Below, piece by piece: positions 39,242-50,894 of a DNA stretch of 64,000 nt. This DNA comes from Acidobacteriota bacterium (GTDB taxonomy: Bacteria > Acidobacteriota > B3-B38 > Guanabaribacteriales > JAGGZT01): contig JAGGZT010000012.1 of assembly GCA_021161905.1 (NCBI GenBank), positions 17,675 through 81,674 on the forward strand, given 5' to 3'. Made by a program: the position numbers and the translations under genes. The notes under the pieces are model-generated. The model ran no database searches. It saw only the letters and a list, made by a program, of their open reading frames with translations, and was not told the DNA's origin. How positions within the stretch are numbered: the first letter of the stretch is position 1; each line of letters opens with the position of its first letter.

Positions 39242-39745
39242 ATGAGAAAAGGAAGAACTGGAAAAACTATCATAGGTCTCTCCATCATTCTCATCCTTAT
39301 CGCCCTTCCCTTGTTTGGCAAGGAGAAGAAGGCACCCAATTTCACCCTTCCCGATCTCACTGGGAAGCAGCTATCCCTCTCCGACTTTGCGGGAAAGGTG
39401 GTGATCGTTGACTTCTGGGCTACCTGGTGCCCCCCCTGCAAAGTGGAGATACCCCACTTTGTCGAGCTTTACAATAAATATCACGAAAAAGGGCTCGAGA
39501 TAATAGGAATAGTGCTCAGCTCCGGAACTACGGAGAAGGTAGCGAAAGAGGTGAAAAAGCTCGGTATCAACTACATCGTACTGATGGGAAATGAGAAGGT
39601 AGCCAACGACTTCGGCGGCATTGTGGGGGTTCCCACCACCTTCTTCATCGATAAGCAGGGGAACATCGTGAAGAAGTATGTGGGATACCGCAGGGGATTG
39701 GAGAAGGAATTCGAAAAATTAGTAAAAGACCTCTTAAGTAAATAA
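39242..39745 (+). CDS. TlpA/ResA-like thiol:disulfide oxidoreductase
   Basis: N-terminal anchor, APNFTL, DFWATWCPPC, GVPTTFFID. Confidence 0.9.
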   Translation: MRKGRTGKTIIGLSIILILIALPLFGKEKKAPNFTLPDLTGKQLSLSDFAGKVVIVDFWATWCPPCKVEIPHFVELYNKYHEKGLEIIGIVLSSGTTEKVAKEVKKLGINYIVLMGNEKVANDFGGIVGVPTTFFIDKQGNIVKKYVGYRRGLEKEFEKLVKDLLSK

Positions 39746-39782
39746 CCTTTTAAATTAATTATTAAAGGAAAGGAAATCGACT

Positions 39783-40520
39783 ATGGGAGGAGAGGAGATT
39801 TCTGTCTTCATCGCCTTTATTGCTGGAATTTTATCCTTCGTTTCACCCTGTGTTCTTCCCCTTATTCCCTCTTATCTTTCCTTCATTACCGGAGTATCCT
39901 TCGATGAACTCGCAGAATTGGAAAACCGCCGGGAAATAAGGAGAAGGACACTGATCCATTCCCTCCTCTTCGTCGCCGGGTTTTCCCTCGTTTTCATCCT
40001 GATGGGAGCTTCAGCCACATATATTGGGGGGATATTCCGTAAATACCAGCGATTGATCACCGTCGGTGGAGGAATAATCATCACTATCCTCGGACTCCAT
40101 ATCGCCGGGGTTATCAACCTCCGCTTCCTCGAGAGGGAAAAGAGACTTCACTTAGAGAAAAAACCCTTGGGCTATCTCGGCACGATAATCGTCGGAATCA
40201 CCTTCGCTGCTGGCTGGACACCTTGTATCGGTCCCATCCTCGGGGCTATCCTGGTCTACGCCTCAACCAAGGAACAACTTTTCACCGGTATCATCCTTCT
40301 CACCGCCTACTCCGTCGGATTAGGGCTACCGTTTATTCTCTCCTCCCTCGCTTTCAATACCTTTATGAGCTACTCCCGTTCTTTGCTGAAGCATATCCGG
40401 GTGATATCGATAATAAGCGGGATATTGCTGGTTGCGGTAGGGATCCTTCTTATAAGCAATTATTTTGGCTGGCTTAGCGCCTATCTAAGCCAGATAATGC
40501 CCTCACTCGAAGTTGGCTAA
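39783..40520 (+). CDS. ccdA: Cytochrome c biogenesis protein CcdA
   Basis: [14 protein letters not shown] and [10 protein letters not shown] cysteine motifs; about 6 TM. Confidence 0.92.
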   Translation: MGGEEISVFIAFIAGILSFVSPCVLPLIPSYLSFITGVSFDELAELENRREIRRRTLIHSLLFVAGFSLVFILMGASATYIGGIFRKYQRLITVGGGIIITILGLHIAGVINLRFLEREKRLHLEKKPLGYLGTIIVGITFAAGWTPCIGPILGAILVYASTKEQLFTGIILLTAYSVGLGLPFILSSLAFNTFMSYSRSLLKHIRVISIISGILLVAVGILLISNYFGWLSAYLSQIMPSLEVG

Positions 40521-41569
40521 ATCTTTGCCCAGGGTTTGGGGATGAATAACTCCTCATAAACCATTATCGCATAGCGGTCAGTCATCCCCGCTATGTAATC
40601 GGCAACCCTTCGATAGGGAGGATCCTTCTTCCCTCTTTTGTTCTTCAAAGGGATCTTATCCGGGTGCTCGAGAAAATAACGGTAGAGGTCTGAAATCACC
40701 TTCCGCGATTTGGCGAATTCGCCCTTGGCGTACTCATTTTCATAAACCCTCTCATAGAGGAAATCGCGAAGGTCGATGAGGGCACCGTAAACCTCCTCAC
40801 TCATCCTTATATCTTCGAGTTCCACCTTTTTCGTCTCCCGAACGATATCGGAGACCATCGTGTTTATCCGTTGAGAATGGGTATCTCCGAGAACCCTTAG
40901 GATATCTTTAGGGATATCTCCCCTTTTGAGCACCCCTGCCCTTATAGCGTCGTCTATATCGTGGTTCACATAGGCAACGATGTCGGATACACGAACGATC
41001 CTTCCCTCAAGTGTCTCCGCTCTCTCCTCCTCCTTGATGGGGATTATATCCCCCTCCCCTATCGAATGCTTGAGGATCCCATCACGCACCTCGAAGGTAA
41101 GATTTAACCCCTCGCCGTCCTTCTCCAAGAAGTCCACCACTCGAAGGCTTTGCTCGTAGTGCCTGAACCCATCAGGAACGAGCTCATTGAGAACCGCTTC
41201 CCCGCTATGGCCAAATGGAGTATGTCCTAAGTCATGTCCCAAGGCGATCGCTTCGGTGAGATCCTCGTTCAATCTGAGAGCGCGGGCGATCGTCCGGGCT
41301 ATCTGAGACACCTCCAAGGTATGGGTGAGACGGGTACGATAATGATCGCCCGTGGGAGCGAGAAAAACCTGGGTCTTATGCTTGAGACGACGAAACGCCT
41401 TACTGTGGATTATCCTATCTCGATCTCGCTGGAAGGCAGTCCTTATATCACATTCCGGTTCCGGTCGCAACCGCCCCTTACTCGCACTGCTGAAAGCCGC
41501 TTTAGGAGAGAGAATTTTCCTCTCAATCGCCTCGAATTCCTCCCTAAGCCTCATCTTGTTCTCCTCCAC
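40517..41569 (-). CDS. dgt: Deoxyguanosinetriphosphate triphosphohydrolase (HD family)
   Basis: [48 protein letters not shown]. Confidence 0.93.
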   Translation of the reverse strand: MEENKMRLREEFEAIERKILSPKAAFSSASKGRLRPEPECDIRTAFQRDRDRIIHSKAFRRLKHKTQVFLAPTGDHYRTRLTHTLEVSQIARTIARALRLNEDLTEAIALGHDLGHTPFGHSGEAVLNELVPDGFRHYEQSLRVVDFLEKDGEGLNLTFEVRDGILKHSIGEGDIIPIKEEERAETLEGRIVRVSDIVAYVNHDIDDAIRAGVLKRGDIPKDILRVLGDTHSQRINTMVSDIVRETKKVELEDIRMSEEVYGALIDLRDFLYERVYENEYAKGEFAKSRKVISDLYRYFLEHPDKIPLKNKRGKKDPPYRRVADYIAGMTDRYAIMVYEELFIPKPWAKI

Positions 41570-41570
41570 T

Positions 41571-42893
41571 TTAACCCCCTCCTTCCCTCGTTGCTATCCG
41601 TTCTCGAACAAGAGGGGTCAACGAAGGACGCTCCTCAGAAAAGGCGAAACTGGCAAGTGCCATACCTACAAGCTCGGGGGTAGGCTCTATCTCGTTATAC
41701 AGGATCTCCATCAACGGCTCTCCCTTACTGGCGTAAGTCCCCACTTTCTTCTTGAGAACTATCCCCACCGAGCGGTCTATCGGGGCATCGGTATCGGCTC
41801 TCCCTGCCCCTAATTTATTGACCACCACTGCCAAACGGTAAGAATCTATCCCCGAGATATAACCATCAGTGGGGCTCACTATCTCTCTCCCCGCTTTTGG
41901 CTTGGGGAGGAGAGAATAATCGTCCACCGCCGTTTCATCTCCACCCTGGGCGGCGATGATCTCCCGCATCTTAGAAAGAGCCTCCCCAGAGGTAAGCTTC
42001 TCCTCAAGGATCAACTTGGCATCCTCTTTATTCTCGACAGCACCGGCAAGGAAAAGCATCTCCGATCCTAAGGCAAGGGTGAGTTCCACCACATCGGAGG
42101 CACCTCGCCCTTTAAGCGTCTCAAACGCCTCGATCACCTCAACCGCGTTCCCAATGGTCATCCCTATTGGCTGATCCATCGCGGTTATCAGGGCGGTCGC
42201 CCTTTTCCCCATCCTTTCGGAAACGGAAACCAAAGAGTAGGCAAGCACCCTTGCCTCCTCCAATGTCTTCATAAACGCTCCCCTGCCCTGCTTCACATCG
42301 AACACATAACCATAAGCTCCCTCTGCCAGCTTCTTGCTAAGGATGCTCGCAGTGATCAAAGGGATACTGTCCACAGTTCGGGTGGCGTCCCGAAGGGCGT
42401 ATAGCTTCTTGTCGGCGGGAGCGATCTCCTCGGTCTGCCCCGCTATTACCGCTCCCACCTTTTCCAATTGATTGACGAACTCCTTCGCCGAGAGATTGGT
42501 TCTAAAACCGGGGATGGACTCCAGCTTGTCAAGCGTCCCCCCGGTATGGCCCAAGCTCCTTCCCGCCACCATAGGCACGAAGATACCCACCGAGGCAACC
42601 AAGGGCGCTAAGACTAAGGATATCTTGTCCCCCACCCCTCCTGTTGAGTGTTTATCCACCGCAGGTCGAGGAAGGAAAGAAAGGTCGAGCACCTTTCCTG
42701 AATCCATCATCTCCTTGGTGAGACGAAAGGTCTCCTCCTCGGAAAGCCCTCTAAAGTAGATCGCCATCAGGAGAGCTGCCATCTGATAATCGGGTATCGC
42801 TCCGGCAACATAACTCTTTATAACCCGCTTTATCTCTGCCGGGGAAAGCTCCTGTCCCGCCTTCTTCTTCTCTATCGCCTTCAATATCAACAA
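41571..42893 (-). CDS. pdp: Pyrimidine-nucleoside/thymidine phosphorylase
   Basis: [52 protein letters not shown]. Confidence 0.93.
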   Translation of the reverse strand: MLILKAIEKKKAGQELSPAEIKRVIKSYVAGAIPDYQMAALLMAIYFRGLSEEETFRLTKEMMDSGKVLDLSFLPRPAVDKHSTGGVGDKISLVLAPLVASVGIFVPMVAGRSLGHTGGTLDKLESIPGFRTNLSAKEFVNQLEKVGAVIAGQTEEIAPADKKLYALRDATRTVDSIPLITASILSKKLAEGAYGYVFDVKQGRGAFMKTLEEARVLAYSLVSVSERMGKRATALITAMDQPIGMTIGNAVEVIEAFETLKGRGASDVVELTLALGSEMLFLAGAVENKEDAKLILEEKLTSGEALSKMREIIAAQGGDETAVDDYSLLPKPKAGREIVSPTDGYISGIDSYRLAVVVNKLGAGRADTDAPIDRSVGIVLKKKVGTYASKGEPLMEILYNEIEPTPELVGMALASFAFSEERPSLTPLVRERIATREGGG

Positions 42894-42905
42894 GGCTTTT
42901 CCTCC

Positions 42906-44084
42906 TTAGATCACCTTTGAAAGAAAACTCTCCCCAAGAGGAAGGGGAGTGAGACCGAAATTCTCCGCGATGGTCTGTCCCAAATCGGCAAAACTCCTTC
43001 GTACTCCGAGATTAACGCCTTGCTTAACCCTTTCCCCCCATATAAGGAGGGGGACATATTCCCGCGAGTGATCGGTGCTCTCAGTAGTAGGATCGCAACC
43101 ATGATCAGCGGTTATAACCAAAAGATCACCCTCCTCCTTTCTTTCCTCAAGTCTCGGAAGAAAGGCGTCAAACTCTTCAAGCGCCTTGGCGTATCCTCTG
43201 GGATCGTTCCTATGCCCATAAAGCATATCAAAATCGACCAGATTTGTAAAGATAAGTCCCCTATCCACCTCCCCCATCACCTTGAGCACTGTCTCCATCC
43301 CCTCCCGGTTATTACCCGTATGGACCGCCTTGGTAATCCCACAACCAGCAAAGATATCCTTTATCTTACCGACACCCACCACCGGAAAACCAGCCTTCGA
43401 AAGGAGACCAAGGAGGTTGGGCTCAGGAGGAGCAATGGAGAAGTCCTCCCTTCTCTCCGTTCTCCTGAAGGAACCTGGTTTCCCAATAAAGGGGCGAGCG
43501 ATGACCCGGACCACCTCGTCATCACCACGAAGTATCTTTCTCGCTTCCCGACACATCTCATAGAGCTCGGGAACCGGGATGACCTCCTCATGAGCGGCGA
43601 TCTGAAAAACGGAGTCGGCAGAGGTATAGATGATGGGGAAACCCGTTTTTAAATGAATCTCTCCTATCTCTTCGATTATCACCGTTCCCGAGGCAGGGAA
43701 GTTCCCAAGCACCCTTCTTCCTATTCTCTCCTCAAACTCCTCGATCACCCTACGGGGAAAACCGGAGGGATAGGTGGGGAAGGGCTTTTTAAGCTCGATA
43801 CCGACCATCTCCCAATGGCCGGATGTGGTATCCTTGCCCGGTGCCAACTCCGCCATCTTCCCATAGGCAGCTATCGGTTCCCTCTCTGGCGGTACGCCGG
43901 GGAGAGGAATTATATTCCCTAAACCCCGTCTGGCAAGGTTGGGGAGATGAAGCCCTACACTCTCTGCGATATGAAGCAAGGTATTGCTTCCCTCATCACC
44001 GAAGAGGTGGGCATCGGGAAGTTCCCCTACCCCCACACTATCCAATACGATGAGGATAACCCGGGAAAATGGCTTATGTCCCAA
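42906..44084 (-). CDS. deoB: Phosphopentomutase
   Basis: [59 protein letters not shown]. Confidence 0.96.
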   Translation of the reverse strand: MGHKPFSRVILIVLDSVGVGELPDAHLFGDEGSNTLLHIAESVGLHLPNLARRGLGNIIPLPGVPPEREPIAAYGKMAELAPGKDTTSGHWEMVGIELKKPFPTYPSGFPRRVIEEFEERIGRRVLGNFPASGTVIIEEIGEIHLKTGFPIIYTSADSVFQIAAHEEVIPVPELYEMCREARKILRGDDEVVRVIARPFIGKPGSFRRTERREDFSIAPPEPNLLGLLSKAGFPVVGVGKIKDIFAGCGITKAVHTGNNREGMETVLKVMGEVDRGLIFTNLVDFDMLYGHRNDPRGYAKALEEFDAFLPRLEERKEEGDLLVITADHGCDPTTESTDHSREYVPLLIWGERVKQGVNLGVRRSFADLGQTIAENFGLTPLPLGESFLSKVI

Positions 44085-45219
44085 TGATCTTCAACCTCCT
44101 TGGGAGCACCCATATAAACAGAAACTTCACCACTATGATAACACCGATAAGGAAAAAGAAAAGGAAGAACCAATCGGCACCTACTATTAGATGAGGAAAT
44201 GCCTTGCTCCGATAGGGAAGTCCTCCAAGTTTGACCTTCTTCTCAATAGCCAGCCTCTCCGCCCTTCCCCAGGACTGATCTGTTGCGAGAAGGTAGGGGA
44301 GGTAGAAATCCATAAGGATCCGATCCTCGAAATAGGCGGAATAAAGGTCCCCCTTCTTCTTAAACTCGTTTCTTATCCTGGTATGTGCCTGAGCCTCAGT
44401 TAGGTAATAGTCCTCCCTTTCCCAGACCGATCTCCTCTTACCGAGAAGCCTCGGTTTGAATCTCTCCTTTGCGGAAAGCCACAACCTTCCTCTCTCTTTT
44501 GCCAAAAGAACCAACCTCTCTTTGGGGAAACGGGAACGAAAGAGATAGCCATCACCCCTCACTACATAGCCTCGCTCAGCAAAAAAGGCGAAGAGGAAAA
44601 AAGATAAGAGAAGGATCGAGATGAGTAAGCTGATGAAAAGGAGAAAGCGGGAGCTTCCCTTTCCTCGAAAGGAAGAGGAGGTCGCCACCAAAGTCAAACC
44701 ACACCCAGCAACGACGGCAAAGAAATTGAGGAGAAGATCACGAAGCTCTCCCACCCGCGAAGAGACGAGGAATTGAACGGTTTCATCAGCTAAAGAGACG
44801 AGAAGCGACAGGGAAACAGCTGCTACTATTGAGAAAATCCCCCTTTCATCAGGCTTAAGGCCAATGACAAACAAAAGGGTTAGCACCCCATATTCGATGA
44901 AATGAACCCCCTCGATCAACCCGATATGAGGGATAAAATAGAAAGATAAAATAAGCGCCCCCGCCATCAGGCTAAGCCCGATTAGGGAAAAGCGAAAACT
45001 TCTCTTGAAGCCTCTAACCAACAAATAGGAAACTACCGCTCCGGCGATGGAGAGAAAAACGAGGAGAAAAAGGTCAAAATAACCACCGAGATGAAAGCGG
45101 AGATAGCTCCGGATAAGGGAGATGTAAGGGGCTGAAAGGGGTAGAAAAAGGGAGAAGAAAAGGGCAATATAAAGCACAAAAACGCTCTTTCTTCGTTTAT
45201 TCATTGCCTCTTTTTTCAT
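44074..45219 (-). CDS. VanZ-like membrane protein with a C-terminal extracytoplasmic extension
   Basis: VHFIEYG and ADE..Q...SRVG..RD...N VanZ motifs, several TM segments, soluble region, final TM; overlaps deoB. Confidence 0.65.
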   Translation of the reverse strand: MKKEAMNKRRKSVFVLYIALFFSLFLPLSAPYISLIRSYLRFHLGGYFDLFLLVFLSIAGAVVSYLLVRGFKRSFRFSLIGLSLMAGALILSFYFIPHIGLIEGVHFIEYGVLTLLFVIGLKPDERGIFSIVAAVSLSLLVSLADETVQFLVSSRVGELRDLLLNFFAVVAGCGLTLVATSSSFRGKGSSRFLLFISLLISILLLSFFLFAFFAERGYVVRGDGYLFRSRFPKERLVLLAKERGRLWLSAKERFKPRLLGKRRSVWEREDYYLTEAQAHTRIRNEFKKKGDLYSAYFEDRILMDFYLPYLLATDQSWGRAERLAIEKKVKLGGLPYRSKAFPHLIVGADWFFLFFFLIGVIIVVKFLFIWVLPRRLKIIGT

Positions 45220-45263
45220 TTTACCCTATTATAGGGTAAGCCAGAAGATAAAAACTCACCTTC

Positions 45264-45292
45264 TTGACAAGGAAAAAGGGGCGTGCTAAATT
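45264..45292 (+). promoter_or_regulatory. ileS-lspA-lgt promoter
   Basis: TTGACA (45264-45269), 17 nt, TGn-TAAATT (45287-45292). Confidence 0.7.
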
Positions 45293-45325
45293 AGCTTGTT
45301 TTCAAAAGCGGGAAAGGCGACGAAG

Positions 45326-48124
45326 ATGGGTAAGAAAAAGGATTACAAGGAAACACTCAATTTACCAAAGACCGAATTTCCAATGAAGGCAGACCTTCCG
45401 AAGAGGGAACCTTTGCTCATAGAGCGTTGGGATCGAGATCGTTTATACGAGAAGATACGGGAAAAAAGAAAAGATGCTCCAACCTTCATCCTTCACGATG
45501 GACCTCCTTATGCTAACGGGCACATCCACTTGGGAACAGCGCTCAACAAGATACTCAAGGATTTTGTAGTAAAGTCAAAGACGATGCTTGGCTTCAACTC
45601 CCCATTCCGGCCCGGTTGGGACTGCCATGGCCTTCCCATCGAACATCAGGTGGATAAGCTTCTGGGAGAGAAGAAGAAAGAGCTATCCCAACTTGAGGTA
45701 AGAAGGGAATGTCGGAAGTTCGCTGAGAAGTTCGTAGCCATCCAAAGAGAGGAATTCAAACGGCTGGGCGTTCTTGGAGAGTGGGAAACTCCCTATCTCA
45801 CCATAGACCCCGATTACGAGGCAACTATCATCCGTCAGTTCGGGGAATTCGTCGCCCGGGGAGATGTATATAAAGGATACAAACCGGTCCACTGGTGCTC
45901 CCACTGCAAAACCGCTTTAGCCGAAGCGGAGGTGGAGTACCATGATCATACCTCCCCGTCAATATTCGTCAAATTCGAAGCAGGGGAGGATGTTAAAAAG
46001 AGGATACCCGCCCTCGAGGGCAAAAGGGTATTCGTCCTCATCTGGACCACTACCCCCTGGACCCTTCCCGCTAATTTAGCCATTGCCTTCCACCCAAATT
46101 ACGATTATGTCGCCTTTGAGGTGGGCGATGAGGTCTATATAGTTGCCAAGGAACTGTTGCCAACGGTCACGAGCGAATGCGGTTTTACCGACATCAAGGA
46201 GATCGTCTCTTTCAAAGGAAAGGAGCTCGAGGGGACCGTTTGCCGCCATCCCTTCATTGAGCGAGATTCGCTCATCGTGCTCGGTGATTATGTCACCCTG
46301 GAGCAGGGTACTGGATGTGTCCATACCGCTCCGGGGCACGGCGCCGAGGACTATGTGGTGGGGACGAAATACGGGCTCAAGATCTACGCTCCAGTAGATG
46401 ACGAGGGGAGATTCACCTCCGATGTAGAACACTTCGCCGGGCTCAATGTATTCGAGGCGAATCCGAAGATCGTGAAGCTCCTTAAGGAAAAAGGAATGCT
46501 CCTTTCCGAAGGAGAGATCACCCACTCCTACCCCCACTGCTGGCGGTGCAAGAACCCGGTCATCTTTCGGGCTACCGAGCAGTGGTTCATCTCGATGGAC
46601 AAGAACAAACTTCGGGATAAGGCAGCTGCGGAGGTCTCCCGGGTGCGTTGGATCCCTGCCTGGGGTGAAGAGCGGATAAGGAATATGATCGTGAATAGGC
46701 CCGATTGGTGTATCTCCCGGCAAAGGAGCTGGGGGGTACCCATCCCTGTTTTCTACTGCCAAAGCTGTAACAAACCTCTGCTTAGCAAGGATGTCGTTGA
46801 TTTCGTTGCCGATGTATTCTCGAAGGAGGGTTCCGATGCCTGGTTCGCCCGGGAAGCGGATGAACTCCTTCCTCCGGAAACCCGTTGTCCCAACTGTGGC
46901 GGGAAGAGCTTCACCAAAGAGCTTGATATCCTCGATGTCTGGTTCGAATCCGGGGTAAGCCATGAGGCGGTATTGGGGAAAAGAGGGGACCTCCCCTGGC
47001 CCTCGGACCTCTACCTGGAGGGAACGGATCAGTACCGAGGATGGTTCCAGAGTTCACTACTTACCTCAGTAGAGGGCCGGGGCGAAGCGCCATATCGCAC
47101 GGTCATCACCCACGGCTTCGTGGTTGACGCCGAGGGGAGGAAGATGTCCAAATCACTCGGCAACATCATCTTTCCCGAGGAGATAATCAATAAATACGGC
47201 GCCGAGGTTCTCAGGCTGTGGGTGGCGATGATGGACTATCGGGATGACATCAAGATCTCAACCGAGATAGTGGAGCGGATCGCCGAAGCCTATCGCAAGA
47301 TAAGAAATACCTGCCGTTTTATGCTGGGGAACCTCTACGATTTCGATCCGAAAAAAGATAGCCTCCCCTACTCTGAGCTTACGGAGCTCGATAGATTCGT
47401 CCTTTATCGGTTCTACAAGGTGGCAGGGAGGGTGGTAAAGGCTTATAAGGATTACGATTTTCACATCGTCTACCACTCCCTGGTCAACCTCTGCACCGTC
47501 GATCTTTCTGCCTTCTATCTCGATATCATAAAGGACAGGCTCTATGTCTCCCATCCCAACGACAGGAAAAGACGAGCGGCACAGACCACGATCTACGAGA
47601 TCACCAAAGGGTTATCCCAGATAATGGCTCCTGTCCTCTCGTTCACCGCTGATGAGGTCTGGCAATATCTTCCGGGCGAAAAGGAGGAAAGTGTCCATCT
47701 ATCTTCATTTCCCAAGGAGCAGGAAAAACCGGATGCTGATTTCATCGCCCGCTGGGAACGGGTGCTCGCGCTTAGAGATGAGGTATTAAAGGCGCTCGAG
47801 ATAGCGAGGAAAGATAAGAAGATGATCAACCACTCCCTCGATGCCGAAGTGGTGATCTCCGCTCCAGAAGGGTTGATCAGCTCGCTTTCGCTATCTACCC
47901 CGGAACTTGAGGATATCTTCATCATCTCCAAGCTCACCTTCGCTCCTCTCAAGGAAGCCCTCTATTCTTCGGAGGAGATAGCTGGTCTTAAGATCGATGT
48001 CCGGAAGGCACCAGGGGAAAAATGCCACCGCTGTTGGAAGTATTCAGAGGAGGTGGGTAAGGGGGCGAAATACGAGGATGTATGCCCTCGTTGCCACCAG
48101 GTGCTTGAAGAACTTAAAGGATAG
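45326..48124 (+). CDS. ileS: Isoleucine--tRNA ligase (type 1)
   Basis: YKETLNLPKT.FPM, HDGPPYANG, GWDCHGLP, WTTTPWT, GTGCVH, KMSKS, C-terminal zinc finger; start placed at ATG 45326. Confidence 0.98.
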   Translation: MGKKKDYKETLNLPKTEFPMKADLPKREPLLIERWDRDRLYEKIREKRKDAPTFILHDGPPYANGHIHLGTALNKILKDFVVKSKTMLGFNSPFRPGWDCHGLPIEHQVDKLLGEKKKELSQLEVRRECRKFAEKFVAIQREEFKRLGVLGEWETPYLTIDPDYEATIIRQFGEFVARGDVYKGYKPVHWCSHCKTALAEAEVEYHDHTSPSIFVKFEAGEDVKKRIPALEGKRVFVLIWTTTPWTLPANLAIAFHPNYDYVAFEVGDEVYIVAKELLPTVTSECGFTDIKEIVSFKGKELEGTVCRHPFIERDSLIVLGDYVTLEQGTGCVHTAPGHGAEDYVVGTKYGLKIYAPVDDEGRFTSDVEHFAGLNVFEANPKIVKLLKEKGMLLSEGEITHSYPHCWRCKNPVIFRATEQWFISMDKNKLRDKAAAEVSRVRWIPAWGEERIRNMIVNRPDWCISRQRSWGVPIPVFYCQSCNKPLLSKDVVDFVADVFSKEGSDAWFAREADELLPPETRCPNCGGKSFTKELDILDVWFESGVSHEAVLGKRGDLPWPSDLYLEGTDQYRGWFQSSLLTSVEGRGEAPYRTVITHGFVVDAEGRKMSKSLGNIIFPEEIINKYGAEVLRLWVAMMDYRDDIKISTEIVERIAEAYRKIRNTCRFMLGNLYDFDPKKDSLPYSELTELDRFVLYRFYKVAGRVVKAYKDYDFHIVYHSLVNLCTVDLSAFYLDIIKDRLYVSHPNDRKRRAAQTTIYEITKGLSQIMAPVLSFTADEVWQYLPGEKEESVHLSSFPKEQEKPDADFIARWERVLALRDEVLKALEIARKDKKMINHSLDAEVVISAPEGLISSLSLSTPELEDIFIISKLTFAPLKEALYSSEEIAGLKIDVRKAPGEKCHRCWKYSEEVGKGAKYEDVCPRCHQVLEELKG

Positions 48125-48136
48125 CTTAATTTCAAG

Positions 48137-48646
48137 ATGCTCAAGGGCAAAGGAAGCTTCATTTTGATAGCCTTTTTCTCCTTTATCCTCGACCAGGTGA
48201 GTAAACTCCTTATAGATCGTTCTCTATTCCCCGGGGAATCGCGGGTAATAATCAATGGCTTTTTGGATATCACTTACGCAAAAAACACTGGAGCCGCTTT
48301 CGGGCTCTTTTCTCAGTCAATTTCTCCCCTAAAGCCGATACTTTTCTACCTCTTCTCAATCGTTGCCATTGCGGTGATCATTTACTACATCCTAAGGTTT
48401 CCCGCGAGGGAAAGGGGGATTCAGCTCGCCCTCGCCCTCATCTTCGCTGGGGCTTTGGGGAACTTCCTCGACCGGTTGCGGCTGGGATATGTCATCGACT
48501 TTATCGACATCCATCTCAAGGGCTACCATTGGCCCACCTTCAACATAGCAGACAGCGTCATCTGTATAGGGGTAGGAATACTAATCTACAAGATGATAAC
48601 CGCTCCTTCGGAGGAGAAAAAAGAGGATGCATCCGATATTATTTAA
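48137..48646 (+). CDS. lspA: Lipoprotein signal peptidase II
   Basis: DQVSK, NTGAAFG, GALGNFLDR, VIDF, FNIAD. Confidence 0.96.
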   Translation: MLKGKGSFILIAFFSFILDQVSKLLIDRSLFPGESRVIINGFLDITYAKNTGAAFGLFSQSISPLKPILFYLFSIVAIAVIIYYILRFPARERGIQLALALIFAGALGNFLDRLRLGYVIDFIDIHLKGYHWPTFNIADSVICIGVGILIYKMITAPSEEKKEDASDII

Positions 48647-49487
48647 GATAGGTCCTCTAACCATCCATACCTATGGCGTTTTAATCGCCACTGCCTTTCT
48701 ATTGGGCATCCTCTATGCGATGCACGAGGCGAAGAGGGAGAACCTTCCCCCTGCTCGCATCCTTGACCTCGGGCTGATAATCGTGGTGGGCGCCCTTCTT
48801 GGTGGAAAACTTCTCCTCATCCTGGTCAACCTGAGGTATTACTTCAGACACCCTGGCGAGATATTGGAGAGCCTTCGCTACGGCGGAGTCTATTACGGAG
48901 GGCTTCTTCTTGCCACTGCCTTAGGCATCTGGTATATCAAGCGTGCTTCATTACCCGTCGGGAAAACGGTCGATGCGCTCGCTCCAGGGATCGCCCTGGG
49001 ACAGTTCATCGGCAGGTGGGGTTGTTTTTCCGCTGGTTGTTGCTATGGAAAACCCCTTACCTTCCCCCTGTTCAAGGTAGTAACCAACATACCCTCCTAC
49101 TTGAGCTACTGGTATGAAAAACCGGCGAGGGTTCCCTGGGGACTTACCTTTACCAACCCCTATACCCATAGGACGATAGGAACACCTCTAAATATTCCTC
49201 TTTACCCCACTGAGATACTTCACTCCTTGGCTGGGCTGATGATACTTCTCATCCTCATTCTTATGAAGCGAAGAAAGCCTTTTTCCGGAGCGCTATTCTT
49301 GCTCTACCTCATTCTTTATTCTGCCTCTAGGTTTTTCATTGAGTATATGAGGGGCGATCCGCGTGGCGCGCTCTTCGGTGGGGCTCTTTCCACCTCTCAA
49401 TTCATCGCTTTGATCGTAGGACCGATCTCCCTCGCCATCTTCATTTACAAAAAAAGAGCCGCTTCAAACGCGGCTCCCAATAAATAA
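48627..49487 (+). CDS. lgt: Prolipoprotein diacylglyceryl transferase
   Basis: MHPIL, TYG, GGVYYGG, GRWGCF.AGCCYG, YPTE, RFFIEYMRGD. Confidence 0.93.
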   Translation: MHPILFKIGPLTIHTYGVLIATAFLLGILYAMHEAKRENLPPARILDLGLIIVVGALLGGKLLLILVNLRYYFRHPGEILESLRYGGVYYGGLLLATALGIWYIKRASLPVGKTVDALAPGIALGQFIGRWGCFSAGCCYGKPLTFPLFKVVTNIPSYLSYWYEKPARVPWGLTFTNPYTHRTIGTPLNIPLYPTEILHSLAGLMILLILILMKRRKPFSGALFLLYLILYSASRFFIEYMRGDPRGALFGGALSTSQFIALIVGPISLAIFIYKKRAASNAAPNK

Positions 49488-49502
49488 TTGCGGTAAGAAA
49501 AA

Positions 49503-50894
49503 TTATTCGATAAAGGTTCGCTCCTTGGTGAAATAATCCTTGGTGACCTTTCCTACCACCCCGCTTAAGAGAATAAGCCCAATCAGATTGGGCACCGACA
49601 TAAGGGCGTTTGCCATATCGCCAACATTCCACACTATTATCAGGTTCTCCTTCTGAAGGATCGCCCCAATAAATGTCAGGAAGAGATAGACCACCCGATA
49701 GGGTTTGGTTATCTTGAGACCGAAGAGATACTCGAGACACTGCTCACCGTAATAACACCAGCCAATAACTGTACTGAAACCGAAGAGCGCTGAACTCAAA
49801 GCAACAATCACCCCGCCAAAGGGAATGGTACTGTTAAAAGCAGATATAGTGAGGGCGGTACTGTCCAACCCCGAAGTCCAACGGCCGGTAAGGATAATAA
49901 CGAGAGCGGTCATCATACAGACGACAATGGTGTCGATGAAGACCTCCATTATACCGATCAATCCCTGACGAACAGGATCGCGGGTCTTGGCAGTTCCATG
50001 GGCAATGGGTGCGGAACCAAGTCCTGCCTCGTTTGAAAGCAGCCCCCGGGAAACCCCTCTTCTTATCGCTTGTCTCACGGTGGCACCGATAAACCCACCC
50101 ATCGCCGCCTTGGCAGTAAATGCACTTTTTATCATCAACCAGATCGCCTGAGGTATAGCGGTAAAATGCGCCAAGATAATGAACAACCCTCCACCGATAT
50201 AGAGGAGAACCATAGTGGGAACCAACCTCTCCGCCACCGTGCCTATTCGCTTTATCCCACCGATAACCACCAACCCAGCGAGAAAGGTCATCACCACACC
50301 GGTAAGCCAGAAGGGGATCTTGAACTGAGTATTAAAGGCTAAAGCCACCGAATTCGACTGCATCATATTACCGGTACTGAAAAGGGAGGCAATAGCCCCA
50401 GCCACAGCAAAGGTAATAGCCAGTGTCTTTCCAAACGATCCGCCGATTCCCTGCTCGATGTAATACATTGGACCACTCGCTATGGTGCCATCTTCCGCCT
50501 TCCTTCTAAACTTAACACCCAAGGTCGCCTCTGCATACTTGGTCGCCATTCCTAAGATAGCAGCGAGGAACATCCAGAAGGGAGCTCCTGGTCCTCCCCA
50601 GTAAATAGCAGTGGCTACTCCAGCGATATTTCCATTGCCGACAGTAGCAGCTAACGCGGTGGTAAGCGCCTGGAAGGGGGATAGATCTCCCGTCTCCTTC
50701 TCAAACCGATCCTTCCCCATCGCCCCGCGCAACATCAAACGGAAAGCCAGAGGGAACCTCTTTATCTGAACGAGCTTGGTTCTGATGGTAAGGAGAATAC
50801 CTGTCCCGAGGAGAAGAGCAAGCATCCAGGTCCCCCAGGCATAAGCACTTCCCGCATTGGTCAACTCAACCAATTTTTGAAGCATATGCCTCAC
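49503..50894 (-). CDS. Alanine/glycine:cation symporter (AGCS family)
   Basis: ALAATVGNGNIAGVA, GGPGA.FWM, GPMYYI, SNEAGLGSAPIAH, VFIDT, PNL. Confidence 0.93.
   Translation of the reverse strand: MRHMLQKLVELTNAGSAYAWGTWMLALLLGTGILLTIRTKLVQIKRFPLAFRLMLRGAMGKDRFEKETGDLSPFQALTTALAATVGNGNIAGVATAIYWGGPGAPFWMFLAAILGMATKYAEATLGVKFRRKAEDGTIASGPMYYIEQGIGGSFGKTLAITFAVAGAIASLFSTGNMMQSNSVALAFNTQFKIPFWLTGVVMTFLAGLVVIGGIKRIGTVAERLVPTMVLLYIGGGLFIILAHFTAIPQAIWLMIKSAFTAKAAMGGFIGATVRQAIRRGVSRGLLSNEAGLGSAPIAHGTAKTRDPVRQGLIGIMEVFIDTIVVCMMTALVIILTGRWTSGLDSTALTISAFNSTIPFGGVIVALSSALFGFSTVIGWCYYGEQCLEYLFGLKITKPYRVVYLFLTFIGAILQKENLIIVWNVGDMANALMSVPNLIGLILLSGVVGKVTKDYFTKERTFIE

Noticed and set aside
39242-40520. tlpA-ccdA pair as a novel system
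   Set aside because: Well-known periplasmic thiol-reduction module
45293-45325. T-box leader before ileS (also checked for lysS and the trpS operon)
   Set aside because: Leaders are too short and show no T-box motif
46076-46963. Minus-strand 295-aa ORF
   Set aside because: Antisense shadow inside ileS
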